From the IMG/VR virus record IMGVR_UViG_3300042554_001073: a stretch of 64,000 bases of DNA, one strand, 5' to 3'. The stretch is from a virus. Shown here piece after piece: positions 53,476 through 63,785 of the stretch (positions are counted from its first letter, which is position 1; each line of letters begins with the position of its first letter). A model generated the notes under the pieces. That model saw only the letters and a program-made list of their open reading frames with translations, had not been told where the DNA came from and did not search any database. The position numbers and the translations under genes are program-made.

Positions 53476-54702
53476 TTATTTCAACTTTCTGAAATTTCTT
53501 CCTCCATGAGTCAAATTGCCAACATCAAGCATCATTTTTGCAATAGTGCCATGTTCTGATTTAAGTCTCAATTTAAATAAAAAATCTTTTGATTGTCCTG
53601 GAGGAGCAAATCTAATATCACCGGCAGTTGCCTTTACTTCTAAAAGTAGTGGTTTGCCATTGTTTCCATATGCTCTCAAGTACTTAATATAATCTGGTGT
53701 CATTTGCTTTAATTTATTTTTATCAGCTATAACAATAGACGCTTTGTCTTTACCAAACGCAGCTTTTTCTAGATAATCATAATACTCTTCAGTTCTGGAT
53801 GTTCCTGTAGGTAAATTATTTTTTATAACTTCAAATAGGGCAGTCAAAGCAACTCTATTAACTGTTCCCTTTTTAATCTTAGCCTCAGGGTCTCCCTTAG
53901 CTGTTTCATTTATTTCATCAATAAACATTTTTGCTTGAGTCTTTGCTCTTCCGGTCAATCCCCTCTCAAACATATTATAAACTTCATTTGCACCTCTAAT
54001 CAAACCAATATTTTCAACCGTAACTGCATCACTTTTTAGAGAGAAATTTATATTATACTTAAGAATACTCTGCCCATTTGCTACTATTCGTATTAAAACA
54101 TCTGATTTTATAGCTCCTCCAGTACTTTCGCCACCAATACCATCTGCTATTACATTATATTGAACAACATCAGTGGTTTTATTTTTTAAAAATCTATTCT
54201 TCGCCACTACAAGTTGCCTAAAAAATTGAGAATGTTTTGCTTTAAGTAACGTATCAACCTTTTCAGCAATTTTACCAAAATCTCCACTTTCCCCAAAATT
54301 ATCTTTTAGCACATTCCCATATGCTCTTTCAACTTCACTAGCCTTTAAGGTTATATCTAATTTAACTTGAACAAAATCTGGAGGAGCAGTATAACCATTA
54401 GGTCCTGTGGTTTGCCTTCTACCCTGAATAACAAAATATTTTTCACCAGAACTCATGTGTTCATATTGCTGAGGATTAGCATCAACAACTTGAATTCCAA
54501 AATCATCGTCTTTTGGATATAGTCTATGAAACTCAACAGTCTTTGATTTTCCACTCTTAGCGTCTCTCATCAACTGAGTGTTTAGTCTCATATTTCTTAT
54601 TTTTGATTTTATTTTACCAATATCACTACCATCGTCAGGATCTATTAGAACAAGAGCACAATACATTGCAAATATTCCTTCAATAACGCTTCCTTCTTTC
54701 AT
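53476..54702 (-). CDS. Hypothetical protein, possibly a PD-(D/E)XK-type endonuclease
   Basis: 408 aa, AT-rich; KSDV...NFSLKS motif is only suggestive. Confidence 0.55.
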   Translation of the reverse strand: MKEGSVIEGIFAMYCALVLIDPDDGSDIGKIKSKIRNMRLNTQLMRDAKSGKSKTVEFHRLYPKDDDFGIQVVDANPQQYEHMSSGEKYFVIQGRRQTTGPNGYTAPPDFVQVKLDITLKASEVERAYGNVLKDNFGESGDFGKIAEKVDTLLKAKHSQFFRQLVVAKNRFLKNKTTDVVQYNVIADGIGGESTGGAIKSDVLIRIVANGQSILKYNINFSLKSDAVTVENIGLIRGANEVYNMFERGLTGRAKTQAKMFIDEINETAKGDPEAKIKKGTVNRVALTALFEVIKNNLPTGTSRTEEYYDYLEKAAFGKDKASIVIADKNKLKQMTPDYIKYLRAYGNNGKPLLLEVKATAGDIRFAPPGQSKDFLFKLRLKSEHGTIAKMMLDVGNLTHGGRNFRKLK

Positions 54703-54734
54703 TTTTTACAAACACTCTTTCAAGTATTTAGAAA

Positions 54735-54809
54735 TGGAGATAATCGGGTTCGAACCGATGAAACCTCCTGCGTGCAAAGCAGGCGCTCTACCAACTGAGC
54801 TATATCCCC
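54735..54809 (-). tRNA. tRNA-Ala(UGC)
   Basis: GGGGATA acceptor with G3-U70, CCTGC-TTTGCAC-GCAGG. Confidence 0.93.
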
Positions 54810-54943
54810 GATGAAATTGTTATGAGTATTTGGTTGTGAATACTAATAAAAGTATTACCTTCTGAATACTGACTAACAATATTAAATATTATAAAACCCT
54901 CTCAACTAAAAGTCAAGAGGGTTAGAGCAATCTTCCGATTTAT

Positions 54944-55141
54944 TTAGTTCTCGCCTCTCAACTCTCTCTTAATCTCATCCTTCAATCTTCTACGATCTTC
55001 ATCTTCTGCTGCTCTTTGTCTTTGAGCATCTGCAGAAGCTCTAGATTTCTCTTTGAACTTCCGCATTTGCTCTCTTGACCTTTGACGCAGTTCTTGACGA
55101 CGCTGCTCAATATCTTCAGAGAACTGATGATATGTTTTCAT
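54944..55141 (-). CDS. Small charged putative internal head protein
   Basis: MKTYHQFSE N-terminus resembles the T4 capsid-targeting sequence; R/E/Q-rich. Confidence 0.65.
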   Translation of the reverse strand: MKTYHQFSEDIEQRRQELRQRSREQMRKFKEKSRASADAQRQRAAEDEDRRRLKDEIKRELRGEN

Positions 55142-55146
55142 TCAAA

Positions 55147-56466
55147 TCAAAGTCCTTTAGCGTGTCTTGTTTTACCACTCTCATCAGTCCAGGTTTCTCT
55201 TTCGCGTCTTGGAGTTACATAACCTACACCAGGAACAGCACCAGTTTTTCCTTGGTCTCTTGCAGCATTTCTTGCTGCTGCTCTTTGTGCCGCTCTCTTA
55301 CGATTCTTCTCATAGTTGCTCATTGCCTCATCAAGCCATGCTTCAAACTCTTCTTTAGCGTGATACCAACCTTTTCCAGCATCTCTTTGAGAACCACCAG
55401 TTTTTTCTGCTTCTTTAGCACGACGAACTGCCATTCCCATCTTCATTCTACGATCTAGAGCATTACCACCTTTATCACGAAGTGCTACTTGTTTTGCTTT
55501 AACCTTTTCGTGTGGGAATGGTTTTTCTGCTTCATCAAGATAAAACTCATACATATCATCCCAAGTATAATCAGAAAGGTCATAACCTTCTTCTACCAGA
55601 GCATCTACCCAAAGTTCAAACTCTTCTTTCCAAGCATTTGGTTTTTCTCTGGTTGGTGTTAATCCTGCTCTTCTTGCTGCTTTGTTTCCAGTTCCAACAT
55701 AGTTCTGTTTCTTAATTGGATTTTTAGCCATGGTTCGGGTCATTGGAGTTCCACGCAGACCTTCTCTATCAAAGTCGCCTCTACCAGAACCACGAATTTG
55801 TCTGATGTGAGCAACATTAGCACCTTTACCAGACTTTGCTCTACCTGAAGGTGTAGAACGCTTGGCAATCATTTCTGCTGCTTTTGCCAATCCCTTTCTG
55901 CTATAGATTGCTTCATCTAACTCTTCCTCATCTTCCTCTTCTTCATCCTCATCGTCTTCTTCAGACTTTTTAGACTTCTTACCTTTCTTCATTTCCTTCT
56001 CATCTTCTTCATCATCTTCTTTCATTGCTTCAGCAATAATAGCAATCGCTTCTTCATCAATAATATTTGCCATCATCCACTCTGCTTCTTCCAGAGTTTC
56101 TGCGTATCCTTCTGCTTGGAGGAACTCAAGAACTACATCAAAGATATCAAGTTCTTCATTTGTTGGTTTCTTAGGCATAGAGAAACTCTTGCGCCCAAAA
56201 ATTCCAGCGTGTGCTGCTCTTTCTGCGTGTGCTCCTGACTTTTCTCCGTGTTTCTTAACGATATTTGCTTTGATTTTATCTGTTTTATTCTCCCCACTCT
56301 TAGTATAATTATCGGCATCACCATCAGACTCAAAATCATGAGTTGCTCTTTTTTTGAAAGCAGACATTTTAGTTTTGAGACTGATTTCATCAATCTGCTG
56401 AGGAGCATAAACTGCTTGATATGCTTCAAACATTCCGAAAGCATCTTTTCCAGTAAGTCTAGACAT
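55147..56466 (-). CDS. Modular putative prohead core/internal protein
   Basis: Basic modules delimited by IDE/LDE sites and acidic EEFxxWxxxLxEEGYDL blocks; TATAAATA upstream. Confidence 0.7.
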   Translation of the reverse strand: MSRLTGKDAFGMFEAYQAVYAPQQIDEISLKTKMSAFKKRATHDFESDGDADNYTKSGENKTDKIKANIVKKHGEKSGAHAERAAHAGIFGRKSFSMPKKPTNEELDIFDVVLEFLQAEGYAETLEEAEWMMANIIDEEAIAIIAEAMKEDDEEDEKEMKKGKKSKKSEEDDEDEEEEDEEELDEAIYSRKGLAKAAEMIAKRSTPSGRAKSGKGANVAHIRQIRGSGRGDFDREGLRGTPMTRTMAKNPIKKQNYVGTGNKAARRAGLTPTREKPNAWKEEFELWVDALVEEGYDLSDYTWDDMYEFYLDEAEKPFPHEKVKAKQVALRDKGGNALDRRMKMGMAVRRAKEAEKTGGSQRDAGKGWYHAKEEFEAWLDEAMSNYEKNRKRAAQRAAARNAARDQGKTGAVPGVGYVTPRRERETWTDESGKTRHAKGL

Positions 56467-56517
56467 CTTTTTACAAAATACTTTTTTAGTTATTTATAAA
56501 AAAAAGAACCCGAAGGG

Positions 56518-56703
56518 TCAAACACCAAGAACCGTACCAATACTATCATCAAGTTGCTGAATGACTTCACGAACATCAGTAATCCTTGGAGGAACACTTT
56601 GTTCATCATAAGTATATCCTTTTTGTGCCTCAAATAATACTTGGCGAACTGCTGCGGCAGCACGAGCATCCATTTTAACTGTTACTTGTTTTTCTTTAGT
56701 CAC
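56518..56703 (-). CDS. Hypothetical protein
   Basis: AAAVRQVLF..QKGYT....P.RI.D.R.VI..LD. Confidence 0.65.
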   Translation of the reverse strand: MTKEKQVTVKMDARAAAAVRQVLFEAQKGYTYDEQSVPPRITDVREVIQQLDDSIGTVLGV

Positions 56704-57113
56704 AGGTCTCCCTCCACACGATTTTCAGAACGGTAAACATCAAATGCACCCTCAGGATAACGAGCACTCAGTTTCTCATAGTTCATTTCCATAATCTCAC
56801 GGAAATTGGTGTCAAGTGCCATACACGCTTGAGCAAGATACCAGCAGATATCACCAAGTTCACGCTTCATATGAAAGACATTCTCTTCAGAGTATGGTTT
56901 ACCTTGGAGAATGATTTTCTTTACAACTTCAGTAAATTCACCTGCTTCTGCGCTCATACCTAGAGCAGCGGTAAGAAGACGAGGAACATCAGCATCATGA
57001 GCTGCTTCAAGTTCAGTCATTCTCGCAAGAAGTTGTGCGAAATCACTGCTAGCAGGACTTGTGGTTTGACGCACAAACTCAATGTACTTATCACTATCAA
57101 TAACTTTAGTCAT
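56700..57113 (-). CDS. mazG: MazG-like nucleoside triphosphate pyrophosphohydrolase
   Basis: LLTAALG..AEAGEF.E.VKK, ELGDICWY.AQ, N..KL..RYP. Confidence 0.92.
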   Translation of the reverse strand: MTKVIDSDKYIEFVRQTTSPASSDFAQLLARMTELEAAHDADVPRLLTAALGMSAEAGEFTEVVKKIILQGKPYSEENVFHMKRELGDICWYLAQACMALDTNFREIMEMNYEKLSARYPEGAFDVYRSENRVEGDL

Positions 57114-57114
57114 A

Positions 57115-58491
57115 TTAGAATTTAAATCCCTCAAATGTTTTTTTAGGTTTCTTTTCTTCATAATCATACTCTTCATCCTTTCCATTGTCAAGGATATCTT
57201 GTTGAGCAGATTGTTCGCAGTCATAAAGACGCATCTTAGCACGATCAATACCAACCACAAAACGCTTGTGAATGGTAGGATCATTATAACGATTCTTAAG
57301 TTGTTTTACAAGAATCTGTCCAAGTCCTTCAAGTTCTTCTGTAGAAATCAGAGCAAACATCAGGTCAGCAGTAGCAGGAAGACCGAATGATTCTGAAGTA
57401 TCTGTTAATTCCACATCAGAAGAACCATAACCAGAACGAGTTGTCTGTGTAGCACTTACAATAGGAACATTAAACTCCACAGCAAGACCACGAAGTTCTT
57501 CAGCAATAGATTTAACAAGTGTATATGAGTTAACATTACTTCCGCCCCTAAACCTAGAAGAAGAACAGATATTCAAGTAATCGATGAAGATAATATCTGG
57601 ATGAAATGATTTCTTGAGTGCAAGTTCATTCAGCAAGGACTTGAAATGTCCAGAGTGGGCAGAAGCAGTTGGATACTCCTTGATAATTAACGTACCTTGT
57701 GTCTTCTTCGCAAGGTTTGTGACTTTGTTCTCGAACATCTGTTTCGGAAGATCCGCAATATCCTGAATCGGGACATTGAGAAGGTTTGCATCAATTCGTT
57801 CTGCAATTCGCTCTTCCGCCATTTCAAGAGTGATGTACAAAACGTTCCTGCCTTGCAGTAAGACGGAAGCAGCAACATGGCACATAAAGAGACTCTTTCC
57901 GACACCCGTACCAGCAAGAGCGATATTGAGAGTCTTATTAGGTATACCACCTTTTGTAATTTTGTTAAAGTATTCAAGGTCGAATTCAATTTTCTCTTCC
58001 TTCTTATGATAGGACTCATATCTTTGTTCATAGTCTAGCAAATAATCATGACCAATATGAGTATCAAAAGATACTGCTAGAGCATCCGAAAGAATACTAG
58101 GAATACTATCACGATTTTTCTTCTCATCTTTACCATCTGCGATATGGATTGATTCCATAAGAGCAAGATAGATTGCTCGGTCACGACACCACTTTTCAGT
58201 AGTATCAACTAACCAGTTGAACTCTGTCGGTTCGTCATCAAGGTAACTCACCATTTGAGTGATTTCTTTGAAGGAAGTGTCATTAATATCTTGACGCTTT
58301 TCTACCTCAATACAAAGAACTTCTTTTGTGGCAGGTTGATTATATTCTTGAACAAACTTCAGAATCTCTTGAAATACTACTTTTTGATTTGTATCTTCAA
58401 AGTATTCCGACTTAATAAAAGGAATAACTTTGCGAACATATTCTTCATTATGAAGAAGATTGCGAAGAACTAGAATTTCAACTTTGTCCAT
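57115..58491 (-). CDS. gp41: Replicative DNA helicase
   Basis: AGTGVGKS, ITLEMAEE, IDYLNIC, SATQTTRSG, SESFGLPATAD, QLKNRY. Confidence 0.97.
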   Translation of the reverse strand: MDKVEILVLRNLLHNEEYVRKVIPFIKSEYFEDTNQKVVFQEILKFVQEYNQPATKEVLCIEVEKRQDINDTSFKEITQMVSYLDDEPTEFNWLVDTTEKWCRDRAIYLALMESIHIADGKDEKKNRDSIPSILSDALAVSFDTHIGHDYLLDYEQRYESYHKKEEKIEFDLEYFNKITKGGIPNKTLNIALAGTGVGKSLFMCHVAASVLLQGRNVLYITLEMAEERIAERIDANLLNVPIQDIADLPKQMFENKVTNLAKKTQGTLIIKEYPTASAHSGHFKSLLNELALKKSFHPDIIFIDYLNICSSSRFRGGSNVNSYTLVKSIAEELRGLAVEFNVPIVSATQTTRSGYGSSDVELTDTSESFGLPATADLMFALISTEELEGLGQILVKQLKNRYNDPTIHKRFVVGIDRAKMRLYDCEQSAQQDILDNGKDEEYDYEEKKPKKTFEGFKF

Positions 58492-59020
58492 GTGGCATAT
58501 CAAATACGAATGTTATTCTTGTCTCATCACCGATGTTTACGGTTCCATGAGGTAGTTTATTATTAAACCACAAAAGAGTTCCTGGTTCAACAATAGTGGT
58601 ATCAGTTCCACAAAAATACTGATAGGTTCCTAAAATAGAAAGATGATATCTATCTCTTGTAAGATAATAAGTTCCTTCATCAATATGTGCTCCAACAATC
58701 TCATCAACTGGAAGTGAAAGAAATCCGCAACGATGTATTTCTCTATTTCCAAAGTGTTTGTGAATAATCTTTCTTATCTCACTGTGATGAGAGTATGCTG
58801 GAGTCTTGATGTTTATTTCAGAATCACCAACAAAGTCTTCTTTGCTTTTGACCCCACCCATTATAAGTTGAAGAGCACTTACTGGCAAGTCAGCAAATCC
58901 TCTATCAACTAAGGACTGAGAATCCTTCAGATGTTTCTGATGGTCCCAGTCCTGAGGATATTTTTTAAGTTGATCTACAACTTTAGTTACATTGATTCCA
59001 GTTTTCAGAATCTTTATCAT
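58478..59020 (-). CDS. Aspartyl/asparaginyl beta-hydroxylase-like 2OG-Fe(II) oxygenase
   Basis: [28 protein letters not shown]. Confidence 0.85.
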   Translation of the reverse strand: MIKILKTGINVTKVVDQLKKYPQDWDHQKHLKDSQSLVDRGFADLPVSALQLIMGGVKSKEDFVGDSEINIKTPAYSHHSEIRKIIHKHFGNREIHRCGFLSLPVDEIVGAHIDEGTYYLTRDRYHLSILGTYQYFCGTDTTIVEPGTLLWFNNKLPHGTVNIGDETRITFVFDMPHGQS

Positions 59021-60024
59021 GAACCGTAACTAAACTCCTGTTTAGCAATTTCATCAAGTTTTTCCATTACTTCTTGAGTGAAATACTCTTCTGGATTTGC
59101 TAGGATTTGTTTGGCATAGATTTTCTTTCCATCCATCTCATAACGTCCTGCTACATTCTTCCAAAGTCCACCAATCTCACCGAGTTCAAGAAGACCATAA
59201 TATCGATCAAGACCACGCTCATCATAATACAGACGTACTTCAACTTGCTTATTCTCCTTACTCAAACGCGACTTAGCAGTCTTAGCTTTGATAATATTGC
59301 CGACCACTTCCGTTCCGTCCTTTTCTTTCTTTTTGCTGAGATAAATGATCGTGCTTGCTGCGTACTTGAGTCCAGAACCTCCTCCCATTTCTTTAGTTGG
59401 TACGTAAGCTCCGATGACATCGTATGTATGATTTGTGACAATGAGCGGGACATTTGCTTGACCTAGTTTGAGTGTGAGCATTCGGAAAGCACCTTTGATA
59501 AGTTGGGATTTAGTCATATCCCGAACTTCTTTTTCATTAAGTGCGTCAGTAATCTCTTTAGTTGTGGAGAGCATACCCAGAGAATCCAATACAAACATAC
59601 ATGGTTTGCGGTCTTCTAGTGGTGCCTTCAAATACATATCTACTGCTTTGAGTGCCTTTGTACGAAACTCCTCAATAGTAACAACGTTAACAACAACCAG
59701 ACGAGTAGTATCAATTCCACGAGATTCAATTAGGGATTTAGTAATAGCAGCCTCAGTGTCAAAGTAGAGACAGTAACCATCGGGATTAGAATCAAGAAAG
59801 TTCTTAACCACGGCGAGAGAGAAAAAAGTCTTTCCAGTAGAAGACTCTCCAGCAATAGCAGTAATCTTGTTCCCAGATACACCGCCAAATACACTACCTG
59901 AAACCAGTGCATTAAAAATGTATGAGCCTGTATCAACATAAGTTTCTGTTTCGTCAATATCTGATGCTAACTTAGTAAAGTCATCACCAATCTCTTTTAC
60001 AATATCTTTAAGAAAATCCATCAC
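59017..60024 (-). CDS. uvsX: RecA-like recombinase UvsX
   Basis: [34 protein letters not shown]. Confidence 0.96.
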   Translation of the reverse strand: MMDFLKDIVKEIGDDFTKLASDIDETETYVDTGSYIFNALVSGSVFGGVSGNKITAIAGESSTGKTFFSLAVVKNFLDSNPDGYCLYFDTEAAITKSLIESRGIDTTRLVVVNVVTIEEFRTKALKAVDMYLKAPLEDRKPCMFVLDSLGMLSTTKEITDALNEKEVRDMTKSQLIKGAFRMLTLKLGQANVPLIVTNHTYDVIGAYVPTKEMGGGSGLKYAASTIIYLSKKKEKDGTEVVGNIIKAKTAKSRLSKENKQVEVRLYYDERGLDRYYGLLELGEIGGLWKNVAGRYEMDGKKIYAKQILANPEEYFTQEVMEKLDEIAKQEFSYGS

Positions 60025-60185
60025 GCTACCATCCCGTATTCTTCACGAAGTATTTTTTTATAAGGCAAACCTTGCTCTCGCAATTCTTTTACAAGTTTAA
60101 GTTTTTGATAAAGTGCTACATCTCCACCAAGGTGCATAGCACTAACAATAGTATTCAGTTCTTCGTCATTAATAGGCAAGTCCAT
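60021..60185 (-). CDS. 54-aa hypothetical protein
   Basis: [25 protein letters not shown]; TGATG coupling to gp43. Confidence 0.6.
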   Translation of the reverse strand: MDLPINDEELNTIVSAMHLGGDVALYQKLKLVKELREQGLPYKKILREEYGMVA

Positions 60186-62680
60186 CAAGCAAAAAATGAT
60201 TCAAGGTTTACAGTTTTTTCTACAGACCATCCAATTGCATCAAGGATAATTTTGAGCGGCTCTAGAAATGCTTTCTCAAATTGTAGTTCATAATCTATGT
60301 ATTTGTCAAGGTTAAGTTCCTTTGGAAACTCCTGAATGAAAGAAATAATATTCTCATGAATAGTGTTTGGTTTCTTCAGATAAATGAACTTAATCTTCTC
60401 TCCATTTTGAATAAGAGAGTATTTGTTTGTTAGTTTATTCTGCTTAATATAATGATTAAACAGAAGTGCTCCACGAACATGAATTGGTGTTCCTTTTATA
60501 TAAATGTCCGATGAAGATTGATACTTTTGAACATCAGAAGCAGAGCGTGGAAATGAGATTTGTTCTGGAGGAAGTTTTCTAAACTCCTTTCTAGCATTCT
60601 CAATAAAGTCAATGACTTCATCTTCAGTTCCACTCATCATCAACTTAAGAGCATCCTTAATCATCTTTCGGCAAGGAGCAGGAGTAGAAGACTTAACTGC
60701 TTCGATACCCATCATCTTGAGTTTGGGTTCTTCATAGCGAACGCCTTCACTATCCCACACGTTAAGAATATAACGCTTCTTGGCAGTCCAGATTCCACGG
60801 TCAGCAATATTCTCACGCTTCATCTGCATCTTCTGGTCATAGGCATTTACGTACTCAGCCAATTCTTGGTAAGAACCTTCAATATACTTTTCAAGTTCCA
60901 TAGAAGCGACCTTATCAAGGAACGAAACAACGCTTTCAGTAGTTTTCTCTCGCCCTTTGAATACACATTCAACCACAGGACCCATATTAAGGTAAATAGA
61001 ATCAGTATCTGAAGCAATAACATAATCAACATCCTCCGTCTTAAGAAGTTTATTCAGATAGGTATTCATTTTGTTTTCAATCCAACGGATTGATACTTGA
61101 CCACTCAAAGTAATTGCTTCAGCATTTTCGAGTTTATAGTAACGGAAATACTGATTTCCAATGGCACCATAAGCAGAGTTCAGAGAAATCTTCTTTGCCA
61201 TCTGAATATTATTACAGCGGGCAATTTCTTTTACCAGTTCTTTATTCTTGGTTTTCTCATACTCTTTCTTTGCCTCAATCATCTTCTTCTTGAAGATAAC
61301 ACGGTCTTGATACATCTTCTCCATCAACTCTGGAAGGAATCCACGAATATCCTTACGGAACATTGCGCCATTAGCACATACAGCATAATCACTGTACATC
61401 TCAAAACTGATTTGTTGATTGAGAATCTTATCAACATTTACAGTTGGGTGCCTTTCATCTACCAGAGTTTCTGGGGAAATGTTGTACTGCATAATCAGGT
61501 GAGGATACAGTGAGTTAAGGTCAAAGTTTACAACCCAATCATACTTACCAGGAACTGGTTCCTTCACATATGCTCCAGCATACTTCTCATTCTTCTGAGA
61601 CTTGTTCTTTGGAGGAATAACAATATTACGCTTCTTGAGATAGTTGTAGATAATGTTGTCCCACATCCTTACCTGATAGAACACATCAGCATAGTTTACC
61701 TTTGCGTCATATGCCATCGTAAGTGCGAGTTCAATCAGTTTCATTTTGTCTTCCAAACGGTCAACAAGTTCCACGTCAACGATGTTGTATTCAATGAACT
61801 TCTGCCAACCTTGAGTATAGAAGTCCTTAAAGGTATCAAACTCACTGTGGTCAAGTTTCTTCTGACCAAGTTCTACTTCAGCAATATAATCGAGACGATA
61901 TGATTCCTGTGCTTTATAAGTAAACTTCTTATAAAGGTCAAGATAGTCCAATTGAGTTAAACCACCAACATCAAATGTTGTGTGCTTACGTCCATTGATG
62001 TAAATCTCACCTTCAGTAACCAATCCCCAGTTAGAGAAACGCTTCATCAGTTTCTCACCAAGAACGCGATTCAACCGCTTACAGATATATGGAATATCAT
62101 ACAACTGAATGTTCCAACCAGTCACAACATCAGGAACATCAACCATCCAATAGTTAATGAAATGATTGAGAAGTTCATATTCACTGGGGCAATGATGATA
62201 TGTTACATTACTCTGTTTGTTATTGAATGGTTTTACTCCCCAAGTAATAATCTCTTTAGTTGTGTAGTCCTGAATAGTAATCGCAAGGATTTCTTCTGAA
62301 CAAGATTCGACATCTGGGAATCCCTGTTCAGAAGCAACCTCAATATCCAGAGTTACAAGTTTGATTTTACTAATATCAAACTTAATTTCATCCTCAGGAT
62401 ACTTCTCAGAAATGTATTGACAGATATATCGATCATTTCCATAAATCTCAAATCCATCAATTTCATCATACTTTTTGTAGAACTCACGACAATCCCGAAC
62501 TGTTCCGGGATTAATCGGTTCTACTGCTTCTCCACCTAATGTTCTATACTTAGAATCTTTTTTTGACTTTATAAAGAGAGTCGGAAAGAACTCATCTCTT
62601 GTCTCAAATCTTTTACCATTTTCTACTCCACGAACCAAAAATTGATTTCCAATCAACTGAACATTAGTGTAAAATCTCAT
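60185..62680 (-). CDS. gp43: Family B DNA polymerase
   Basis: LDIEV, GWN...FDIPY, FDLNSLYP, K..LNSAYG, SDTDSIY; no intein. Confidence 0.98.
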   Translation of the reverse strand: MRFYTNVQLIGNQFLVRGVENGKRFETRDEFFPTLFIKSKKDSKYRTLGGEAVEPINPGTVRDCREFYKKYDEIDGFEIYGNDRYICQYISEKYPEDEIKFDISKIKLVTLDIEVASEQGFPDVESCSEEILAITIQDYTTKEIITWGVKPFNNKQSNVTYHHCPSEYELLNHFINYWMVDVPDVVTGWNIQLYDIPYICKRLNRVLGEKLMKRFSNWGLVTEGEIYINGRKHTTFDVGGLTQLDYLDLYKKFTYKAQESYRLDYIAEVELGQKKLDHSEFDTFKDFYTQGWQKFIEYNIVDVELVDRLEDKMKLIELALTMAYDAKVNYADVFYQVRMWDNIIYNYLKKRNIVIPPKNKSQKNEKYAGAYVKEPVPGKYDWVVNFDLNSLYPHLIMQYNISPETLVDERHPTVNVDKILNQQISFEMYSDYAVCANGAMFRKDIRGFLPELMEKMYQDRVIFKKKMIEAKKEYEKTKNKELVKEIARCNNIQMAKKISLNSAYGAIGNQYFRYYKLENAEAITLSGQVSIRWIENKMNTYLNKLLKTEDVDYVIASDTDSIYLNMGPVVECVFKGREKTTESVVSFLDKVASMELEKYIEGSYQELAEYVNAYDQKMQMKRENIADRGIWTAKKRYILNVWDSEGVRYEEPKLKMMGIEAVKSSTPAPCRKMIKDALKLMMSGTEDEVIDFIENARKEFRKLPPEQISFPRSASDVQKYQSSSDIYIKGTPIHVRGALLFNHYIKQNKLTNKYSLIQNGEKIKFIYLKKPNTIHENIISFIQEFPKELNLDKYIDYELQFEKAFLEPLKIILDAIGWSVEKTVNLESFFA

Positions 62681-62940
62681 TCCTTAATCAAGTCCTCGTA
62701 TTTTTCAAGTAGAGTCGGAGTCGGGTCAGCAAGAGTGAGAATCTTATCCGAACTCATCATAAATGTATTTTCTTTTGTGTATCCACAAAGAAATGGTTCC
62801 ATTGTTTTGTCGCTTTTGATAACAAATGGATTAATCAACTTACAATCAGGTTCGCCAATATCAGCACCAACTTCCTCAATCTGACTGATCAGAATCAGAT
62901 TGTTCATTAGTGCTAGAATCTTCGTTAGTTTCTTTTCCAT
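62677..62940 (-). CDS. Conserved hypothetical protein (DUF6561-like)
   Basis: LISQIEEV.AD.GEPDCKLI.PF, MMSSDKILT..DP. Confidence 0.7.
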   Translation of the reverse strand: MEKKLTKILALMNNLILISQIEEVGADIGEPDCKLINPFVIKSDKTMEPFLCGYTKENTFMMSSDKILTLADPTPTLLEKYEDLIKE

Positions 62941-63253
62941 GATTAACTACGTCTTTAACATACATTTCTTTTAGTTTAATAGTTGGTTCCACCATTGTCA
63001 CCAACCAATCTGCTGGAACAGGAATCTTTTCATCGGCAGAAAGTGGAAGCCATGGATACAAAGAAACTTCGAATCCAGATTTTTTCTCAATTCCATCTTC
63101 CTCGACCATGCTTGGATTACGCATTCTAATCAAACATGGTTTGTCAAGATAATATCCGACTACTCTTTGGTTTTCTTCTTCACCATAAACCATCTCAGTA
63201 ACATCAGAAATCAAGTCTTCTCCAGACTTGAGTAGCATTAATTTAATCGTCAT
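62876..63253 (-). CDS. Conserved hypothetical protein (Sm-like)
   Basis: IKLMLLKSGED.I.DV.EM, PWLPLS.D..IP...DW.VT.VEP. Confidence 0.7.
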   Translation of the reverse strand: MTIKLMLLKSGEDLISDVTEMVYGEEENQRVVGYYLDKPCLIRMRNPSMVEEDGIEKKSGFEVSLYPWLPLSADEKIPVPADWLVTMVEPTIKLKEMYVKDVVNHGKETNEDSSTNEQSDSDQSD

Positions 63254-63350
63254 AATACACTCGAACCTCCATTCATTTTAGCAAGAAAAAAAGGAGGAGT
63301 CAACCTGGATTTTGCCAGGTGCTCCTCGCGCCGACGATATTCAGTTATAT

Positions 63351-63785
63351 TTATAGATAGTCTTTACGTTTGTGATGATCGGGGACAATCTTTCTTAAGT
63401 TGACAGAGAGGAGTCCATCTTCAAAGGATACATCTGCGACTTCTGTATCGTCTGCCAGTGTCCACGCTCTCTTGAAAGATCGTTGAGCCAATCCCTTATG
63501 GACGTAGTTGGTGTCAGATTCTTTATCCTCTTTTTGTCCTTCGATAAATAATTTCCCATCTTGTGTATAGACATAAACCTCCTTCTTCTTAAATCCAGCA
63601 AGTGCTAGTTCAAGTCGTGATTCCACATTGCTTACTTGAACAAGATTGTATGGGGGATAGTTAGAGGTTGTTTCGTGAATTTTAAAGATGCGGTCAAAAT
63701 ATTCATCCATTCCAATTGTATTGCGATTGATTCTTTCAAGCAAAGCAGGAAGATCCGCAGCCTGATACTTCATCAGATTAGTCAT
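63351..63785 (-). CDS. hsp20: Small heat-shock protein Hsp20
   Basis: NYPPYN, LE.ALAGF, KGLA.RSF...W.L, V.FEDGLL.V.L. Confidence 0.95.
   Translation of the reverse strand: MTNLMKYQAADLPALLERINRNTIGMDEYFDRIFKIHETTSNYPPYNLVQVSNVESRLELALAGFKKKEVYVYTQDGKLFIEGQKEDKESDTNYVHKGLAQRSFKRAWTLADDTEVADVSFEDGLLSVNLRKIVPDHHKRKDYL

Noticed and set aside
43505-62680. Introns or inteins in nrdA, nrdB, gp41, uvsX, gp43 (and psbA)
   Set aside because: All are uninterrupted and of normal length.
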